From contig DATJAO010000060.1 of assembly GCA_035516175.1 (NCBI GenBank), forward strand, positions 32,779-96,778: 64,000 bases of DNA, read 5' to 3'. The position numbers were made by a program, and so were the translations under genes. Each line of letters opens with the position of its first letter. Position 1 is the first letter of the stretch. The stretch is from Nitrospirota bacterium. Its GTDB lineage: Bacteria; Nitrospirota; UBA9217. Shown here one piece after another: positions 49,845 through 59,020 of this stretch. Under the pieces are notes generated by a model, which was not told the origin of the DNA, made no database searches, and was given only the letters and a program-made list of their open reading frames with translations.

Positions 49845-50642
49845 CTATTTCCGCCCCTCCGGGACATTGAAGCCCAGTTTAGCGGACAGCGCGTTGCCGG
49901 ACTCGAGAAGCAGGGAGATGATCCCGCCTTTTTCAAGCCGTTCATCAGTGAGCCGGCTTGCGGGAGCCACGATCCCTACAGCGGCGATCACGCTTTTCGA
50001 GAAGTCTTTTGCCGGCACGGCAATGCTGCGCACCTCCGGGTCGCATTCCTCGTTCTCAAGTGCATATCCCCTCTCTGCGGTTTTCTTCAACTCCGCTGTC
50101 AGGGCATCACGCGTCTTTATGCTCTTGTCAGTAAGCCCCGGCAGGCTGATTTCAGGATATAGTCGTTCAATCTCGACAGGTAATAACGTGGCTAGCTGTG
50201 CCTTACCCACGGCGGTGCAGTGGGCAGGAAGCATGGCGCCGATGCGCGAGACGGCTCGCACGGTCCTGTTCGTCTCCACGCTGTCCATGTAGATCACTTT
50301 GTTTCCCCGCAGGACCGCCACCACCGCAGTCTCTCCCGATGAAGCCATAAGGCTTTCAAGGATCGGGCGCGCCTGCCGACGGCACTCGCGCTGCTCGATG
50401 AAGATCGATCCGATCTGGAGCGTCTTGGGGCCAAGCCGGTAGTTCTCCGTCGCCTTGTTCTGCTCGATATAACCGCGATGTTCAAGCGTGGCGAGCAGCC
50501 TGAACACGTTGTTTTTGTGCAGCCCCAGCCTCTTCGAAAGCTCGGTCACGCCGAGTTCGTCTTCGGTCTTGGTGAACGATTCCAGGATGTCGAGCGCGTG
50601 GGAAACCGATTGGATCGTGTAGTTGACTTTTTCCCTCTTCAT
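49845..50642 (-). CDS. IclR-family transcriptional regulator
   Basis: wHTH (LGVTELSKRLGLHKNNVFRLLATLEHRGYIEQ) plus an IclR effector domain. GTG start with an AGGAGAG RBS. Confidence 0.85.
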   Translation of the reverse strand: MKREKVNYTIQSVSHALDILESFTKTEDELGVTELSKRLGLHKNNVFRLLATLEHRGYIEQNKATENYRLGPKTLQIGSIFIEQRECRRQARPILESLMASSGETAVVAVLRGNKVIYMDSVETNRTVRAVSRIGAMLPAHCTAVGKAQLATLLPVEIERLYPEISLPGLTDKSIKTRDALTAELKKTAERGYALENEECDPEVRSIAVPAKDFSKSVIAAVGIVAPASRLTDERLEKGGIISLLLESGNALSAKLGFNVPEGRK

Positions 50643-50727
50643 ACAATGACTCTCCTACCTGCAGCATTTCTTTGCTCCGTTAGGAAACGCTGTGGACTCT
50701 TGAGAGAGCTTTCATCTCTAGTGGAGT

Positions 50728-51150
50728 TTACTTGAACGCGCCGGGTTGATCACCTTTTTTCACCGGGTAACCCTTCATTAACCAGTCAGGGATGCCTGCC
50801 TGATAAATCATGAGGTGGGTATACCCCATATCATGGGCCGCACCTGCGGCCATGCGACTCAGGCCTCAGCCGGTTCCTCTGCAATAAAAGATTATCGGTG
50901 TCGTCTTATTCTTGGGGAGGCGCGCTGCCTCAAAATTCATCCGCTCCGCCGGAATATTAATCGCACCTGAAATGTGACCTGCCTGATACTCATCGGGCAG
51001 TCTTGTATCAATGAGCACGAAAGAGCGCTTCCCCGCCATCCACGCTTTCACGTCTTCAGCATTTATGATCGGAAACTGCGCTATGGCAGGCGAGGAGGAA
51101 AGGAGGATGAATCCGAATAAAAACCATAAGAATACCCTTTTTCTGAGCAT
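50728..51150 (-). CDS. periplasmic single-domain rhodanese with in-frame UGA (candidate selenocysteine, motif CRGTG-U)
   Basis: The track ORF 50866..51150 covers the signal peptide plus two-thirds of a rhodanese domain. It stops at TGA 50866-50868, inside the active-site loop. The same frame then encodes the missing rhodanese C-terminus (GLSRMAAGAAHDMGYTHLMIYQAGIPDWLMKGYPV...) up to TAA 50728-50730. Confidence 0.6.
50833..50868 (-). promoter_or_regulatory. UGA followed by a SECIS-like hairpin
   Basis: UGA, 12 nt, then AUGGCCGC-AGGU-GCGGC(C)CAU. That is 6 G-C pairs, one bulged C and 2 more pairs. The apical loop contains GGU. Confidence 0.5.
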
Positions 51151-51186
51151 AATAAAGTCCTTCCCTCACTTTAAAACAGTTGTTTA

Positions 51187-51215
51187 ATATTATGTCTCTG
51201 GGAGATTTTTGTCAA
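51187..51215 (-). promoter_or_regulatory. sigma70-like promoter of the rhodanese gene
   Basis: On the minus strand: TTGACA (51215-51210), 17-nt spacer, TAATAT (51192-51187). It lies about 35 nt upstream of the ATG, which has a GAGGGAAGGA RBS. Confidence 0.5.
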
Positions 51216-51620
51216 GAAAAAACAAGCTTCCAACATCATGACGAGAAAGCCTCCTTAGATACCTGCATTCACTAACGGCTACAGATGATAACTTACATCA
51301 TCGTATGATCAATAAGATACACCGTCAGCAGAAGGCGGCAACTTTCTTCTCATGGGAACGAATTGAGGAAACAAAAAAAGATGAGGAGATGAAAGAATGA
51401 ATGATGCCGCTGCGGCAATCTTGATGTACACAAGGGGAACAATGTTTGTGAGATAATTACCAACTCCGACGGCAAAAAGATGATTCGTCGCGCTCGCTGT
51501 ACACACGCCCCGCCATTACTGTCTGCCAGCGAAACCTCGTGGCAAAAGCCACCGCGAGAAGCTAGGTTTTCTCTACCATCTCGGCCGGAACAATAAATGT
51601 CAACGACGTCAGAAACGCCG

Positions 51621-52328
51621 TCACTTAAGCAATTCTTTCTGTCTCTTGATGAGCGCCTTGATCCCTTTCTCTCCCAGAGCAAGAAGTCTGTTCAGTTCCT
51701 GTTTCGAGAACGGTTCGCCTTCGGCCGTACCCTGCACCTCCACGATCTTGCCCTTACCGGTCATCACCAGATTCATGTCCACTTCGGCGGCTGAATCTTC
51801 AACATAACTAAGATCGAGCATCGGCTTGCCGCCAACGATCCCGACGCTCACCGCAGCGAGGTAGTCCGTGACCGGGACAGTATCGAGAAGCGCCTGCTTA
51901 TAAATAAACCGCAGCGCATCAATGAGGGCGATGTACGCACCGGTGATCGAGGCCGTACGGGTGCCGCCGTCGGCCTGGACCACATCGCAGTCGACGAGCA
52001 CCGTGCGCTCGCCCAGGGCGTCCATATCTACGACGGAACGAAGCGACCGGCCGATGAGCCGCTGGATTTCGTGCGTGCGTCCGCCCACCTTATTTCGCTC
52101 CCGCGTGATGCGCTGAGACGAGGAACGGGGAAGCATGGCATACTCTGCGGTCACCCAGCCGATGCCTTTCCCCCTGAGGAAAGGAGGCACGGAGTCTTCG
52201 ATCGTTGCCGTACAGATGACCTTCGTATCGCCCATCTCGATGAGCACCGAGCCCTCTGCTGCTTTGATGTAGTTTCTCGTGATTTTCAGTTTGCGGAGTT
52301 CGTCCACCTTCCTGCCGTCAACGCGCAT
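51621..52328 (-). CDS. rph: ribonuclease PH
   Basis: [38 protein letters not shown]. Start moved to ATG 52328 with a GGGGAGG RBS. Confidence 0.92.
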   Translation of the reverse strand: MRVDGRKVDELRKLKITRNYIKAAEGSVLIEMGDTKVICTATIEDSVPPFLRGKGIGWVTAEYAMLPRSSSQRITRERNKVGGRTHEIQRLIGRSLRSVVDMDALGERTVLVDCDVVQADGGTRTASITGAYIALIDALRFIYKQALLDTVPVTDYLAAVSVGIVGGKPMLDLSYVEDSAAEVDMNLVMTGKGKIVEVQGTAEGEPFSKQELNRLLALGEKGIKALIKRQKELLK

Positions 52329-52436
52329 CAAAACCTCCCCAAAATATTGATAACCAAAGCGACGCTGATACACGGAGAAAGCCCGAAGAGAAAAAATCAA
52401 GTGTTACCCCGTGACTCGGTGCTTTGTGGTGAAGCA

Positions 52437-53204
52437 TTAATATTGGAAATATTTCGTCTTTCCTTTTCCCACGGGTCTCGCGGTTTTCAACATGTTGTCA
52501 ACAAACTGTTTGGCTTTTTCCACAGCCTTTTCCACAGGATATCCCTGAGCTATGAACACTGTGACGGCCGAGGAGAGCACGCACCCGGTGCCGTGAAATT
52601 CGCCCTTCCGCCGAACTGTGGAAAAGCTGAGCACCGTTCTACCTCCATACAGTGTATCCGTTGCGGGACCACTCCTATGTCCACCCTTTATGAGAACGTA
52701 CGCCGGACCCAGGTCAAGGAGGGTACCGGCGGCGAAATCCATATCCCCTTCGTTTCTGATGGGCAGACCAGTAATAAATTCTGCCTCGGGGACATTGGGA
52801 GTAACGATGAGTGCAAGCGGGAAAAGATTCTTTTTTAGCGATGGTACGGCTTTAGGCTGGAGCAGCATCATTCCTGAACTCGACCGGAGCACGGGATCGA
52901 TCACAAGATTTTTGAGACTGAATTTGTTTACGGCATCGGCAACGGCATCAACATTCTGCCTCGTGAGAAGCATTCCTGTCTTGATGGCGTCAGGTTTGAT
53001 ATCCGAGAGCAGCGCATCAAGCTGATTGGAAAGTATTCGAGATGTTACCGGTTCAACTACGGATACACCCCGGCTATTCTGCACCGTGAGCGCTGCGGGC
53101 ACCGCCATCCCGAAAGCCCCGAGTGTCTGGAAGGTCTTGAGGTCTGCCTGGATCCCGGCGCCGGATGAAGGGTCAGAGCCGGCTATGGAGAGAACTTTGA
53201 TCAT
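52437..53204 (-). CDS. thiD: hydroxymethylpyrimidine / phosphomethylpyrimidine kinase
   Basis: [22 protein letters not shown]-terminus and a GTGC motif near the C-terminus. Start moved to ATG 53204. Confidence 0.88.
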   Translation of the reverse strand: MIKVLSIAGSDPSSGAGIQADLKTFQTLGAFGMAVPAALTVQNSRGVSVVEPVTSRILSNQLDALLSDIKPDAIKTGMLLTRQNVDAVADAVNKFSLKNLVIDPVLRSSSGMMLLQPKAVPSLKKNLFPLALIVTPNVPEAEFITGLPIRNEGDMDFAAGTLLDLGPAYVLIKGGHRSGPATDTLYGGRTVLSFSTVRRKGEFHGTGCVLSSAVTVFIAQGYPVEKAVEKAKQFVDNMLKTARPVGKGKTKYFQY

Positions 53205-53334
53205 TGGATGCAAATCGACATGTATGTTCACAAATTGTTATGACATTGGAACGCCGGGTCCTGTTTACTCAGTGCTGGGACATGATTCGCGTGCATGACG
53301 GTTTCTTATTTCTTGCCCTGCCCCGTGTCCCTTG

Positions 53335-54180
53335 TTATTCTAGCTTCAAATGAATTAACTCCAGCGGATTAACGCGCGCGCCTTGCATCCGTACGCCCCA
53401 GTGCAGGTGCGGTCCGGTAGCACGGCCTGTGGCACCAACGAGGGCGATCACATCGCCCTTTTTCACCTGTTGGCCTGATGTGACGAGAATTTTGGAGAGG
53501 TGAAAAAACATTGTATAAATGCCCTGCCCATGGTCAAGGATCAAGGATTTGCCCGAAAAAAACTGCTCGTCAATCAGGACGACGACGCCGTTATTCGGTG
53601 CATGCACTGCATCACCTTCTTTAGCCTCCACATCCACACCGCTGTGCGGGCTTTTGGGGATCTTATTAATGACCCTGCGTACTCCAAACTTAGTCACGAT
53701 TTCACCTTCCCGGGGATTGATAAAATCGCCGTCCCACACGCGTTCTGTCTCGTTCGGCCAGATCGCTGCCATTTTGAGCTGCTCGCGTTCCGCCCGCGCC
53801 TCATTCTCCGGAGAGAGCTCGACCATGTCTTTCGGGAGCGTGAGCCTCTGCACGGGATACGCTTTTTTGATCACCGTCACAGATCGGGAGAGAATGGTTC
53901 CATTCACAGAGACGTCAAGATCGTACTTTCCCGGTTCGGTAAAGAGATCGATGCCAATCACTGCTTTGAAAGAATCTTTGGACACATTGAAATAAATTTT
54001 CTTATCCCCGAATTTTCCTTCCACGGGGGCGACAGCGCCCTTCACGGTCACGATCATGATATCTCCCGGGCCAGGTGTATTCGGCTCAAGCTTGATCTCG
54101 GGCTGCCGGGCCGTCACTGCAAAAACGTTAAAAGGCAGACAGAGCATCATGAAAAATAAAATCGCCTTAACAGGACTCAT
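53335..54180 (-). CDS. M23 (LytM-type) metallopeptidase, secreted
   Basis: Signal peptide MSPVKAILFFMMLCLPFNVFA. HSGVDV and GATGRATGPHLHWGV motifs. Confidence 0.85.
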   Translation of the reverse strand: MSPVKAILFFMMLCLPFNVFAVTARQPEIKLEPNTPGPGDIMIVTVKGAVAPVEGKFGDKKIYFNVSKDSFKAVIGIDLFTEPGKYDLDVSVNGTILSRSVTVIKKAYPVQRLTLPKDMVELSPENEARAEREQLKMAAIWPNETERVWDGDFINPREGEIVTKFGVRRVINKIPKSPHSGVDVEAKEGDAVHAPNNGVVVLIDEQFFSGKSLILDHGQGIYTMFFHLSKILVTSGQQVKKGDVIALVGATGRATGPHLHWGVRMQGARVNPLELIHLKLE

Positions 54181-54231
54181 CGATTTGCGTTCAGTTCCGC
54201 ACTCCGCACTCCGCATTCCTCACTTCCCTCC

Positions 54232-55533
54232 TTATGTTTTTCGCTTTACGTCGGTTTTGAGATACGCGCTCACGCCTTTCATGGAACAGAACTCTCCGCA
54301 CATGGTACAGACATCGGACTCCTTTGGCAGGCTTGATTCGCGTAGCTTACGCGCCCTGTCTGGATCGATCGAGAGCTCAATCTGGCCCTTCCAATCGAGC
54401 GCTTTCCGCCGCCGCGACATCTCCCTATCCCATTCGATCGCGCCTTTCACACCCTTGGCGATGTCCGCCGCATGCGCCGCAATCCGAGAGGCGATCACGC
54501 CTTCACGAACGTCTTCGAGATCTGGCAGGCGCAGATGCTCGGATGGCGTTACATAGCAGAGGAAGTCAGCTCCCGCCGCCCCGGCGATGGCACCGCCGAT
54601 GGCGGAGGTGATATGATCGTATCCTGGCGCCACGTCCGTTACGAGCGGTCCAAGCACGTAAAATGGCGCCCCCTTGCAGAGTTCCTTCTGAATCTTGATG
54701 TTTGTCTCAACCTGGTTGATCGGAACATGCCCTGGCCCTTCGATCATTACCTGCACGCCCGCGTCGACCGCAATGTCCCTCAGTTCGCCGAGCGTGATGA
54801 GTTCTTCGATCTGCGCCCGGTCCGTGGCATCAGCAAGGCTTCCCGGCCGCATGCCGTCTCCGAGTGAAAGCGTCATATCGTATTTTTTCGCGATCTCAAT
54901 GAGGCGGTCGTACTGTTTGTAGAGCGGGTTCTCTTCTTCATTATGGATGATCCATTCGAGATGGAATGCGCCGCCGCGACTGACCACGTCCATGATCCTG
55001 CCCTGGAGCTTGAGCCGATCCACACTCGACGTAGTCACCCCGCAGTGCACGGTCACGAAGTCTACCCCCTCCTCGGCTTGCTCCTCGATAACGCGGAAAA
55101 GCATCTCCGGATCCATCTGGACAATGGAGGAGCCTTGCTCCACGGTCGCAACCGCAGCCTGATATATGGGGACCGTGCCGATAGCGACTGTCGAGTGCTT
55201 GATTATCTCTTTGCGGATCTCGACAATCGGACCGCCGGTGGAGAGGTCCATGACCGCATCAGCACCGGAAGCGACTGCCGCTTTAAGCTTCTCGATCTCA
55301 TCCTCGATGGACATCCGGTCCCTGGATGTGCCGATGTTCGCATTGATCTTGGTCCGCAGTCCCCTGCCGATGCCGAGAGGTACGATCGACGTATGCAGCG
55401 CATTTCTCGTGATGACGATGGTGCCCTTGGCTACCCCTTCGATGATATGGTCAAGACTAACACCCTCGGCCCGGGCCACAGCCTCCATCTCGGGAGTGAT
55501 ATTTCCTTTGCGTGCTTCAAGAATCTGAGTCAT
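54232..55533 (-). CDS. thiC: phosphomethylpyrimidine synthase
   Basis: Radical-SAM ThiC sequence throughout, with the C-terminal CTMCGEFCSMK cluster motif. Confidence 0.95.
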   Translation of the reverse strand: MTQILEARKGNITPEMEAVARAEGVSLDHIIEGVAKGTIVITRNALHTSIVPLGIGRGLRTKINANIGTSRDRMSIEDEIEKLKAAVASGADAVMDLSTGGPIVEIRKEIIKHSTVAIGTVPIYQAAVATVEQGSSIVQMDPEMLFRVIEEQAEEGVDFVTVHCGVTTSSVDRLKLQGRIMDVVSRGGAFHLEWIIHNEEENPLYKQYDRLIEIAKKYDMTLSLGDGMRPGSLADATDRAQIEELITLGELRDIAVDAGVQVMIEGPGHVPINQVETNIKIQKELCKGAPFYVLGPLVTDVAPGYDHITSAIGGAIAGAAGADFLCYVTPSEHLRLPDLEDVREGVIASRIAAHAADIAKGVKGAIEWDREMSRRRKALDWKGQIELSIDPDRARKLRESSLPKESDVCTMCGEFCSMKGVSAYLKTDVKRKT

Positions 55534-55582
55534 TATGCACCTCGTGATAGTGACAAGAGACGTGAGGTTTTTCTCTCGTCTC

Positions 55583-56212
55583 TTATTTCACTGCTTCACT
55601 AATTCGCCCATTCATAAGCTCTGCAGCCCTCTGGACATCAGCGGCAGCCAAGATCGCCGAAATCATCGCAACACCGTCTGCCTCTGCCTGCATGACTTGA
55701 GCTATATTAGGTTCTCTTATGCCACCAATGCCAAAAACTGGTATCCGAATATTTTTCTTCACGATCCCGATTGCCTCAACTCCTAGCGGCTCGCCATATT
55801 GCATCTTGGATGGTGTCACGAAGATCGGACCAAGGGTGATGAAATCGGCACCGGCCTCCTCAGCGTTCACCGCTTCTGCAAGAGAATGGGTAGATACCCC
55901 AATGAGCATCTTCTTGCCGACGATCTTTCTCACAGCCTCCGAAGGCATGCTCTGATGGCCGAGATGTACGCCATCCGCTTCTACGGCGACTGCCACGTCA
56001 ACACGATCGTTAATGAATAGCTTCGCGCTGGACTCCCGTGTCATCCTTCTGAGTTCCTGGGCGATAGCAATTAGCTCCCGCACCGGCAAGTCCTTTTCTC
56101 GAACCTGGATTGCCCGCACACCGCCTTTAAGAGCGAGCCGAACGGCGGCAGGAAGCGACATCTTCGTAATCTTGCGGTCGGTGATCAGGTAGAGCCTGAA
56201 GTCAACTGCCAA
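55583..56212 (-). CDS. thiE: thiamine-phosphate synthase
   Basis: LYLITDR, VQVREKD and GGI motifs of ThiE. Confidence 0.9.
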   Translation of the reverse strand: MAVDFRLYLITDRKITKMSLPAAVRLALKGGVRAIQVREKDLPVRELIAIAQELRRMTRESSAKLFINDRVDVAVAVEADGVHLGHQSMPSEAVRKIVGKKMLIGVSTHSLAEAVNAEEAGADFITLGPIFVTPSKMQYGEPLGVEAIGIVKKNIRIPVFGIGGIREPNIAQVMQAEADGVAMISAILAAADVQRAAELMNGRISEAVK

Positions 56213-56265
56213 TGAAACCCTCCACGGAAGCTTCGGGCATGGAGCAGAGACCGTGCACTCTCCTC

Positions 56266-57045
56266 TTAGTTCCCGATCATACCCTCCAGCGGGCTACTAG
56301 CCGTGGCGTAAAGTTTCTTCGGGATTCTGCCAGCCCTGTAGGCAAGCCTTCCGGCGAGCACGCCGTACCTCATGGCCTCGGCCATGGCAATCGGGTCCCT
56401 GGCCCCGGCGATCGCTGTGTTCAGGAGCACCGCATCGCAGCCGAGTTCCATCGCAAGCGCCACGTCCGATGCCGTACCCACACCGGCGTCAACCACGACA
56501 GGGACCTTCACTGTTTCCATGATAATTCTGATATTGTACGGGTTCCTGATGCCGAGGCCGGATCCGATGGGCGCTGCGAGCGGCATAACCGCTGGACAAC
56601 CTAGGTCAACGAGCTTCTTGGCCATGATCGGGTCGTCGCTCACGTAGGGAAGCACGATCAATCCTTCTTTCACAAGCACCTTCGTGGCTTCGAGCAGCGC
56701 CTCGTTGTCCGGAAACAGGGTCTTGTCGTCGCCGATCACTTCGAGCTTCACAAGTTTCGTGATTCCCGCCTCTGCCGCCAGCATGGCCGTGCGGATCGCA
56801 TCCTTGGCCGTGTAACAGCCTGCTGTGTTCGGGAGGATCTTGTACTTCCTCGGATCGATATAATCGAGGAGGTTCTCCTTGCTGCGGTCGATGATATTGA
56901 CGCGCCGCACCGAGACCGTTACCACGTCCGTACCTGAAGCCTCGATAGCCTTCTTCGTTTCCGCAAAGTCCTTGTACTTCCCGGTCCCGACCCAGAGCCT
57001 TGACCTGAACTCAATACCAGCAATGACCAGTTTATCGTCAGTCAT
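56266..57045 (-). CDS. thiG: thiazole synthase
   Basis: [19 protein letters not shown] and VKLEVIGD motifs. ATG 57045 is preferred over the GTG at 57057. Confidence 0.93.
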   Translation of the reverse strand: MTDDKLVIAGIEFRSRLWVGTGKYKDFAETKKAIEASGTDVVTVSVRRVNIIDRSKENLLDYIDPRKYKILPNTAGCYTAKDAIRTAMLAAEAGITKLVKLEVIGDDKTLFPDNEALLEATKVLVKEGLIVLPYVSDDPIMAKKLVDLGCPAVMPLAAPIGSGLGIRNPYNIRIIMETVKVPVVVDAGVGTASDVALAMELGCDAVLLNTAIAGARDPIAMAEAMRYGVLAGRLAYRAGRIPKKLYATASSPLEGMIGN

Positions 57046-57091
57046 ATTCAATATCACTCCTCAACTTTTCATATTGGACCCTGAATGTGTG

Positions 57092-57295
57092 TCAGGATCC
57101 TCCCTGCATGAAGCTCACTACTTCGAGGTTGTCGTCCTCTTTTATTGCGGTCGTGCCGAATTTGTCCTTTTTTACGATTTCAAGGTTCAACTCAACAGCC
57201 ACGCGTTCCTGCTGAACCTTTAAAAACTCGAGCAAACCTTGGACTGTTATGCCGTCGGGTACTGTTTTTTTCTCTCCGTTGCATGTGATCATCAT
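57092..57295 (-). CDS. thiS: ThiS sulfur-carrier protein with one extra residue after the Gly-Gly (…MQGG-S)
   Basis: 67 aa, MMITCNGEKKTVPDGITVQGLLEFL... First gene after the TPP riboswitch. The C-terminal codons were read directly: ATG CAG GGA GGA TCC TGA. Confidence 0.8.
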   Translation of the reverse strand: MMITCNGEKKTVPDGITVQGLLEFLKVQQERVAVELNLEIVKKDKFGTTAIKEDDNLEVVSFMQGGS

Positions 57296-57411
57296 ACGCC
57301 ATGCTCCCAATGTCCTAGCGAGCAAAGCGATCTCTTTTTCATGAAATCATAGACCTGGGATTGCTTCGTCGCTAGCAGGCATCTCGCAATGACAGCGAAA
57401 TAAATTAATTC

Positions 57412-57447
57412 TCTAAAGAAAAAGCCGTATCCGGGAGGATACGGCTT
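57412..57447 (-). terminator. intrinsic terminator forming the expression platform of the TPP riboswitch
   Basis: Perfect 11-bp stem AAGCCGTATCC-TCCC-GGATACGGCTT, followed by TTTTTCTTT on the minus strand. It lies between the aptamer and thiS. Confidence 0.65.
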
Positions 57448-57469
57448 GAGAAGGGTTATATGAAGCTGT

Positions 57470-57565
57470 GAATGTTCGCCTTCCCTACGCCGGCACTACC
57501 CGGATCAGGTTCTAAGGGTCGCCCTCGAAAAAAGAGGACTCTCAGCCGATCGGCTCCCCCAGCTC
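57470..57565 (-). promoter_or_regulatory. TPP (THI-box) riboswitch
   Basis: The minus strand reads GGGGGAGCCGAUCGGCUGAGAGUCC...GCGACCCUUAGAACCUGAUCCGGGUAGUGCCGGCGUAGGGAAGGCG. This contains the conserved CUGAGA, ACCCUU.GAACCUGAUC.GG.UA.UGCC.GCGUAGGGAA elements. Confidence 0.85.
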
Positions 57566-57577
57566 TCTATGATCTCC

Positions 57578-57606
57578 ACAATACAGCACAGGCAGGTCAA
57601 AGTCAA
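57578..57606 (-). promoter_or_regulatory. sigma70-like promoter of the thi operon
   Basis: On the minus strand: TTGACT (57606-57601), 17 nt, TATTGT (57583-57578). It sits just upstream of the riboswitch and just downstream of the cobC stop. Confidence 0.5.
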
Positions 57607-57623
57607 TGGTTTTCTGGTCGTGC

Positions 57624-58220
57624 TCACCCGTTCAGAAGCTTAATCACGGCCATGCCGTCGTCGTAGTAATCGATTATATTGAGCGCGCCGAAGGACTGGT
57701 CGATCCTGAACAGGTTCATGAGATCGAGGCCAAGTGCATCGGCGATGATGACCCTGTTGACCCCTCCATGCAGCAGCATCGCGATCTCCTGGCCGGGATG
57801 CGAGCCGACCAACTTTTTGTGCACCGGCAGGATCCGTTCCCGGACATCCAGCAGGCATTCGCCGTCAGGAGGCCGGTAATTGATGAGGTCAGCCCTCCAG
57901 GCAGTATACTCCCCGGGAAAGCGATCCTTAATCTCCTCGGCCGTAAGCCCCTCCCATTTACCGACGCTTCGTTCCCGGAGATCACGCAGGGGGGTGTAAG
58001 TGAGGTTGAGGCTCCGAGAAATGATCTCCGCCCCCTTGGCTGAGCGAATAAGGTCGCTGGAATACACTGCCGCAATGTTTTTCCCAGCGAGCATCCCGGC
58101 AAGCCGCCGCATCTGTTCTCTGCCATCCTCGGTGATATCGATATCGATATGGCCGTTGTACCGTTTCTCTCCGCCGTTCTGCACTTCGCCATGGCGCATG
58201 AGATACACTCTCGTGAACAT
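57624..58220 (-). CDS. cobC: histidine-phosphatase family protein, probable alpha-ribazole phosphatase
   Basis: The LMRHGEV (RHG) motif places it in the phosphoglycerate-mutase-like fold. It is the last gene of the cobU-cobT-cobS string. Confidence 0.8.
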   Translation of the reverse strand: MFTRVYLMRHGEVQNGGEKRYNGHIDIDITEDGREQMRRLAGMLAGKNIAAVYSSDLIRSAKGAEIISRSLNLTYTPLRDLRERSVGKWEGLTAEEIKDRFPGEYTAWRADLINYRPPDGECLLDVRERILPVHKKLVGSHPGQEIAMLLHGGVNRVIIADALGLDLMNLFRIDQSFGALNIIDYYDDGMAVIKLLNG

Positions 58221-58223
58221 ACT

Positions 58224-58970
58224 TCAACTCCGGTTTGACAGAATGACGAAAAGCAAAAGTGTCAGCGCCTCGTTTAACTCACTCACGGCTCCAATCGCAT
58301 CGCCGGTCACGCCTCCGAGCTTTCGCACCAGATACCATCGGCAGACAATGGTGAAGAGCGCGACGCTGGATATGAGAATTGCCGCCCAGATGCCGCTCAC
58401 GAATACCGCCAGTCCCAGCGCCACGGCCGACGCCGAAATCATTCCGCTAACCCGCAGATGTCCGACGAAAGCGCTGCCCATTCCCTGTTCACGGCCATAG
58501 TTCGCCCGAAAAACCATGAGAATTTGGGACCACCGGCCCAGCATCGGCGCAGTAAGCAGTGCTGATGCTTTGTCGTTGTCGAACAGATTATTGAAACAGA
58601 GATATTTTACGAGCAGGAGTAGCACGATGCCGAGCGCACCGGCAGTGCCGAGCCGACTGTCCTTCATGATCTCGAGCCTGGACGTTCTGTCATGCCCGCC
58701 CATGATACCGTCGAGCGTATCGGCCAAGCCGTCGATATGGATGGCTCGCGTGATAAGCACAAGCATGATGAGCAGAAGGGCATTTGCTATAGTAGGGGGC
58801 ACGGTCCATGCAAGGGCCTTGTCCGAATAGTTCAGTATCACGCCGATCAGGAAGCCGACAAAGGGGAAGTAAACCACGGATTTCGCCAGGTCACCCTCGG
58901 TCACGTCATGCTTCCTGCTTATGGTAAAGATCGTAAGAAACTCCACAGCATTGATGAAGTTTTTGATCAT
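58224..58970 (-). CDS. cobS: adenosylcobinamide-GDP ribazoletransferase (cobalamin synthase)
   Basis: Polytopic membrane protein with a CobS-like N-terminus (AVEFLTIFTISR..., FPFVGFLIG, DGLADT..D). Confidence 0.88.
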   Translation of the reverse strand: MIKNFINAVEFLTIFTISRKHDVTEGDLAKSVVYFPFVGFLIGVILNYSDKALAWTVPPTIANALLLIMLVLITRAIHIDGLADTLDGIMGGHDRTSRLEIMKDSRLGTAGALGIVLLLLVKYLCFNNLFDNDKASALLTAPMLGRWSQILMVFRANYGREQGMGSAFVGHLRVSGMISASAVALGLAVFVSGIWAAILISSVALFTIVCRWYLVRKLGGVTGDAIGAVSELNEALTLLLFVILSNRS

Positions 58971-59020
58971 CGCTTGACTCTCATCTTTTTTTATCGCTCC
59001 ACGTTCCTACCTTTTTATTT

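Noticed and set aside
51151-51620. 470-bp gap between rph and the rhodanese gene. It contains ORFs 51309..51506 (-) and 51350..51682 (-), a 19-codon ORF with an AGGAG RBS (ATG at 51398), and a nested hairpin at about 51530-51575.
   Set aside because: The ORFs have no recognisable features and one overlaps rph. The hairpin lacks a U-tract. Apart from the rhodanese promoter, nothing could be supported.
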